Positions 42,951-43,522 of a DNA stretch of 43,522 nucleotides are shown here, piece by piece. Origin of the DNA: an uncultured Gammaproteobacteria bacterium (GTDB lineage Bacteria > Pseudomonadota > Gammaproteobacteria > JAKDMP01); NCBI GenBank assembly GCA_964554305.1, contig CAZKOE010000001.1:3572-47093 (forward strand). Direction: 5' to 3'. The position numbers were made by a program, and so were the translations under genes. Position 1 is the first letter of the stretch. Each line of letters begins with the position of its first letter. The notes under the pieces were generated by a model. The model saw only the letters and a program-made list of their open reading frames with translations. It searched no databases and was not told the origin of the DNA.

Positions 42951-43522
42951 CTGTAATTCACGCTCCAAATGCCGTGACCCTGGCGCTCGATAATGTCCAC
43001 GAAGCGCCGGTTGAAAAGAATGTCCTCGGCACGATAGACATGGCGCGCATGCACCGTCTGGTGGAAACTCGTGTCGAATCCGGTGACGGTTGCAATGATG
43101 GAGAATTCGCCTTCCGCCTGCAGAGCCATCAGTTCGTCGCGTCCCGCGAGGATGCCATCCTCCAAATGATGCATCACGGTCCAGGTCAGGCGAAACAGCG
43201 CGTTGCGACGGCGCACCGGGTCGAGATCGTAAAACCGGCGCAAGGCCAGGCCTTCGGGCGAGACTTCGTCGCGCGCCAGAACCACGTGCACCTCGGCCTC
43301 GACGATGTTGTTGTGACGCTGATTCGCCATCCGGAACATCAGCGTCGGCTTGCCGTGGAAATTGTTGACCACGGCGTTCCTGCTGAACTGGATTCTCGCC
43401 GTCGGTTGCGAGATGCGGGCGAAGGTAAGGCCCGTGACGAGCGCGAATCCCAACAGACCGACAAAGGGTTCGAGGGTAGCGATCCAGTTCGCGAACAGCG
43501 TTTTCGCGTACACGTCGCCGTA
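42926..43522 (-). CDS. KirBac-type inward-rectifier K+ channel; N-terminal part lies beyond the window edge
   Basis: The frame is open to the window end. The first readable residues YGDVYAKTLFANWIATLEPFVGLLGFALVTGLTFARISQPTARIQFSRNAVV correspond to the selectivity-filter GYGD, the inner helix and the start of the Kir cytoplasmic beta-domain. Confidence 0.85.
   Translation of the reverse strand, partial: YGDVYAKTLFANWIATLEPFVGLLGFALVTGLTFARISQPTARIQFSRNAVVNNFHGKPTLMFRMANQRHNNIVEAEVHVVLARDEVSPEGLALRRFYDLDPVRRRNALFRLTWTVMHHLEDGILAGRDELMALQAEGEFSIIATVTGFDTSFHQTVHARHVYRAEDILFNRRFVDIIERQGHGIWSVNYSHFDETVE

Noticed and set aside
1-43522. A search by eye for tRNA, rRNA, CRISPR arrays, integrases, toxin-antitoxin pairs and recognised phage-defence gene families.
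   Set aside because: None was found. There are no spaced direct-repeat arrays, no tRNA-like T-arm/anticodon architecture and no rRNA-like stretches. The only mobile-element traces are the IS3 and IS4 remnants. Absence cannot be proven without tRNAscan, Infernal or HMM tools.

Overview
This is a high-GC (by eye about 60-65%), almost fully coding bacterial chromosomal segment with Proteobacteria-like gene content. The left edge holds the split transhydrogenase operon pntAA-pntAB-pntB on the minus strand; pntB runs off the window. The remaining ~40 kb is a patchwork of small redox, detoxification and export genes. They include a Xi-class GST (YqjG-like), a LysE exporter, an FMN reductase, an SRPBCC protein, VOC proteins, an LCM-type methyltransferase, WrbA and pirin. 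They also include an FAD monooxygenase, NmrA/AKR/SnoaL/SDR genes, an RND adaptor+pump pair, two OYE ene-reductases, an EmrAB-type MFS pump with TetR, a GNAT and an EamA transporter. A partial KirBac-type K+ channel sits at the right edge. Regulators are 3 intact LysR genes plus 2 LysR stubs, one TetR, one ArsR-type and one CGNR zinc-finger protein. The most distinctive property is heavy paralogy and decay within the window. A bactofilin + zinc-ribbon gene pair occurs twice (10.3-11.3 kb and 34.6-35.6 kb) with a conserved upstream leader; this is the best candidate for an undescribed module. A DoxX-like membrane protein with a conserved extra C-terminal tail occurs three times, and the OYE reductase twice. 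An epimerase-like SDR has one intact copy plus 2 fragments, and pirin has one intact copy plus 1 fragment. Decay markers include IS3- and IS4-family transposase remnants, a frameshifted nitroreductase, a VOC gene with an in-frame TAG, and several truncated genes at recombination junctions. A ~1.2 kb lower-GC block (11.3-12.5 kb) contains only broken ORFs that I cannot assign. No rRNA, tRNA or CRISPR array was seen. All family calls come from reading translations against remembered family signatures; no database search was possible.
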